This document shows positions 62,154 through 64,000 of a stretch of DNA of 64,000 nucleotides, piece after piece (position 1 is the first letter of the stretch; each line of letters opens with the position of its first letter). The notes below the pieces were generated by a model that did no database searches, was not told the origin of the DNA, and saw nothing but the letters and a program-made list of their open reading frames with translations. The stretch comes from an uncultured Chloroflexia bacterium (GTDB lineage Bacteria > Chloroflexota > Limnocylindria > Limnocylindrales > CSP1-4). The position numbers and the translations under genes were made by a program. The stretch covers positions 928,001 to 992,000 of the forward strand of contig CAVVCZ010000004.1 of assembly GCA_963746845.1 (NCBI GenBank), read 5' to 3'.

Positions 62154-63691
62154 ATGCACGGAACACGATCCGGACCCCGAACCTTGCTCACCGGCCTGGC
62201 GCTCGTCGCCATCCTCGGGACCGCCTGCAACAGCGCCGCCACGCCGAGCCCGAGCGCCTCTGAGGCCGCGGCCGGCCCCTCGTCGGCGCCAGTCGTCACC
62301 CCGAGCCCGACCCCGCTCCTGACGGCCGCTCCCATCGATGCGAGCGTGCCCGGCCCCAACGGCGGCCAGATCATCCGCTGGTTCGTCGGCCTGGGCGCGG
62401 GTGGTCAAGCCGCAGCAGATCCGGCGCAGACCGACTTCGTCACCAAGTTCAACGACGATCCCGGCGAACAAGGACAAGGCGTACATCTCGCTCGAGATCT
62501 ACGACAACAAGGTCGCGACCAACATCCTCAAGACGCAGATCGCCGCCGGCAACGCGCCGGACATCATCGGCCCGGTCGGCGTCGAGGGGCTGAACCTGTT
62601 CATCGACCAGCTGGCCGACCTGCAGCCGCTCATCGACTCGACCAGCTACGACATGAGCAGGTATCCGGCCGCGATGAAGGACTTCTTCAAGATCGGCAAG
62701 GGCGGTGCGACGATCGGCGTGCCGTTCGGCACCTACCCGTCGTTCCTCTGGTACAACACGAAGGCGTTCGACGAGGCCAAGCTCCCGTACCCGCCGACCA
62801 AGGTCGGCGACCTGTACCAGGGCAAGCCGTGGGACATGAACACGGTTCGCGACCTGGCCATGAAGCTCACCGTCGACAAGGCAACGGCAACGACGCAACC
62901 AGCCCCGGCTTCGACCCTCAGAAGGTCGTCCAGTGGGGCTTCGACTCCCAGTGGAACGACAAGAGCCCGACGGGCTGAGCAGACGCTCTTCGGCGCCGGC
63001 TCGTTCCTCGCCGACCGACGGCAAGACGGCCCAGATCCCGGACACCATGCGCACCGCCGATCAATGGTTCAACGACGGCGTCTGGAAGGACCATTTCATC
63101 CCGACCGAGAACGCGATCCAAGAGCGACCTGCTGGGGAAGGACAACGAGTTCGCAGTCGGGCAACCTCGCGATGAACGAGGTCCACACGTGGTATTCGCG
63201 TGCTGCGTGAACCCGGCGGCCCCGGCCAAGCCGATCGTCGGTGACAACTTCGGCTGGGCGGTCGCCCCGTCGTTCAACGGCAACACCACGGCCAAGCTGC
63301 ACGCCGACACGTTCAGCATGCTCAAGACCACCAAGCACCCGGACCAGTCGTTCAGCGGTCCTGTCCGCGCTCGCGGCCTCCGGCGATCTCGCGACGATCT
63401 ACGGCGCGATGCCGGCCGACCCGACCCAGCAGCAAGCCGTTCATGGACGCGACCAACGCGGCCTACCCGACGGCGAAGCTCGACTGGTCCGTGCCGACGG
63501 CAGAGCTAGCGAACTTCCCGACATCCCCAACCACCAGTCATGGGTCCCGGACTATGCCAAGCGAAGGCCGCATGGCAGGCCTTCGGATCAGTACCGGACC
63601 ACCCGAGCGTCGGATATCGACGCCGAGCTCGACACGCTGAAGACAACGCTCCAGGGCATCTTCGACGCTGCGCCCGGACAAGAACCCCTAG
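62154..63691 (+). CDS. Sugar ABC transporter substrate-binding lipoprotein (many apparent frameshifts)
   Basis: Lipobox GTAC, PSA linker, IRWFVGLG, QIAAGNAPDIIGP, LWYNTKAFDEA; end approximate. Confidence 0.75.
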
Positions 63692-63708
63692 TTACCCTCC
63701 TCCTCCAG

Positions 63709-63748
63709 CGCCCTCCCGGGTCGGTACCCCCAACCACCCGGGAGGGCG
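63709..63748 (+). other. Intercistronic 13-bp stem-loop after the SBP gene
   Basis: CGCCCTCCCGGGT ... ACCCGGGAGGGCG; typical mRNA-stabilising or partial terminator position. Confidence 0.6.
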
Positions 63749-63799
63749 ACGTCTCCCCCAGCCCATCCGAATCGCGGACCACGGAGCCCGAACCCACCG

Positions 63800-64000
63800 A
63801 TGAGCGCGACGATCGAGGAACTGCCCACGAGGCCCGCGCCCGCCGGTCGCCCGTTCGTGCTCCGTCCGTCCGTCCGCGAGGCGCTGTGGGGTTACGTGTT
63901 CATCGGACCGTGGCTGATCGGCCTCGTGCTGTTCATCGCCGGTCCCATGATCGCGTCGCTCGTGATGTCGCTGACCGACTTCAACCTCGTCCATCCCGAG
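63800..64000 (+). CDS. Carbohydrate ABC transporter permease (5' part)
   Basis: MSATIEE...REALWGYVFIGPWLIGLVLFIAGPMIASLVMSLTDF. Confidence 0.85.
   Translation, partial: MSATIEELPTRPAPAGRPFVLRPSVREALWGYVFIGPWLIGLVLFIAGPMIASLVMSLTDFNLVHPE

Noticed and set aside
9410-63691. Many frameshifts (HYR, helicase, uvrA, kinase, tadG, coaE, ABC-F, polA, GMC, permease, SBP) as pseudogenes or programmed frameshifting
   Set aside because: They hit core genes, show no shared slippery motif and no accompanying in-frame stops that I could see, and become denser toward the window end; this fits long-read indel errors. Read polishing would confirm.

Overview
High-GC bacterial chromosomal segment (about 70%+ by eye), mostly housekeeping genes on the minus strand. 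It holds a dense DNA repair/replication cluster (recJ, uvrC, a compact UvrD-like helicase, uvrA, uvrB, mutM, polA, dnaE), secretion genes (tatA/tatC, secD/secF), pyrF, coaE, gatB and tRNA-Leu(CAA). Accessory modules are a PDZ-type sensor kinase/NarL regulator/ECF sigma cassette, an orphan tadE-tadE-tadG-cpaB cluster, an ECF sigma/anti-sigma pair, a kinase/PLP phospho-lyase pair, a BMP-type (nucleoside-like) ABC transporter and a LacI-controlled sugar ABC operon. GAAC-N4-GTTC LexA boxes and the gene content fit a high-GC monoderm (Chloroflexota-like or Actinomycetota-like); this is inference, not confirmed. At least 15 genes, including polA, uvrA and coaE, carry apparent small frameshifts, best explained as long-read assembly errors. 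I saw no CRISPR array, integrase, transposase, prophage or rRNA, and no clearly new multi-gene system can be demonstrated from sequence alone. The most interesting signals are pervasive leaderless promoters, SOS boxes in regions shared with divergent accessory operons, a sigma-dependent leaderless promoter for the anti-sigma gene, a candidate structured RNA at about 11.1-11.25 kb, and large low-complexity insertions in SecF, UvrB, PolA and DnaE.
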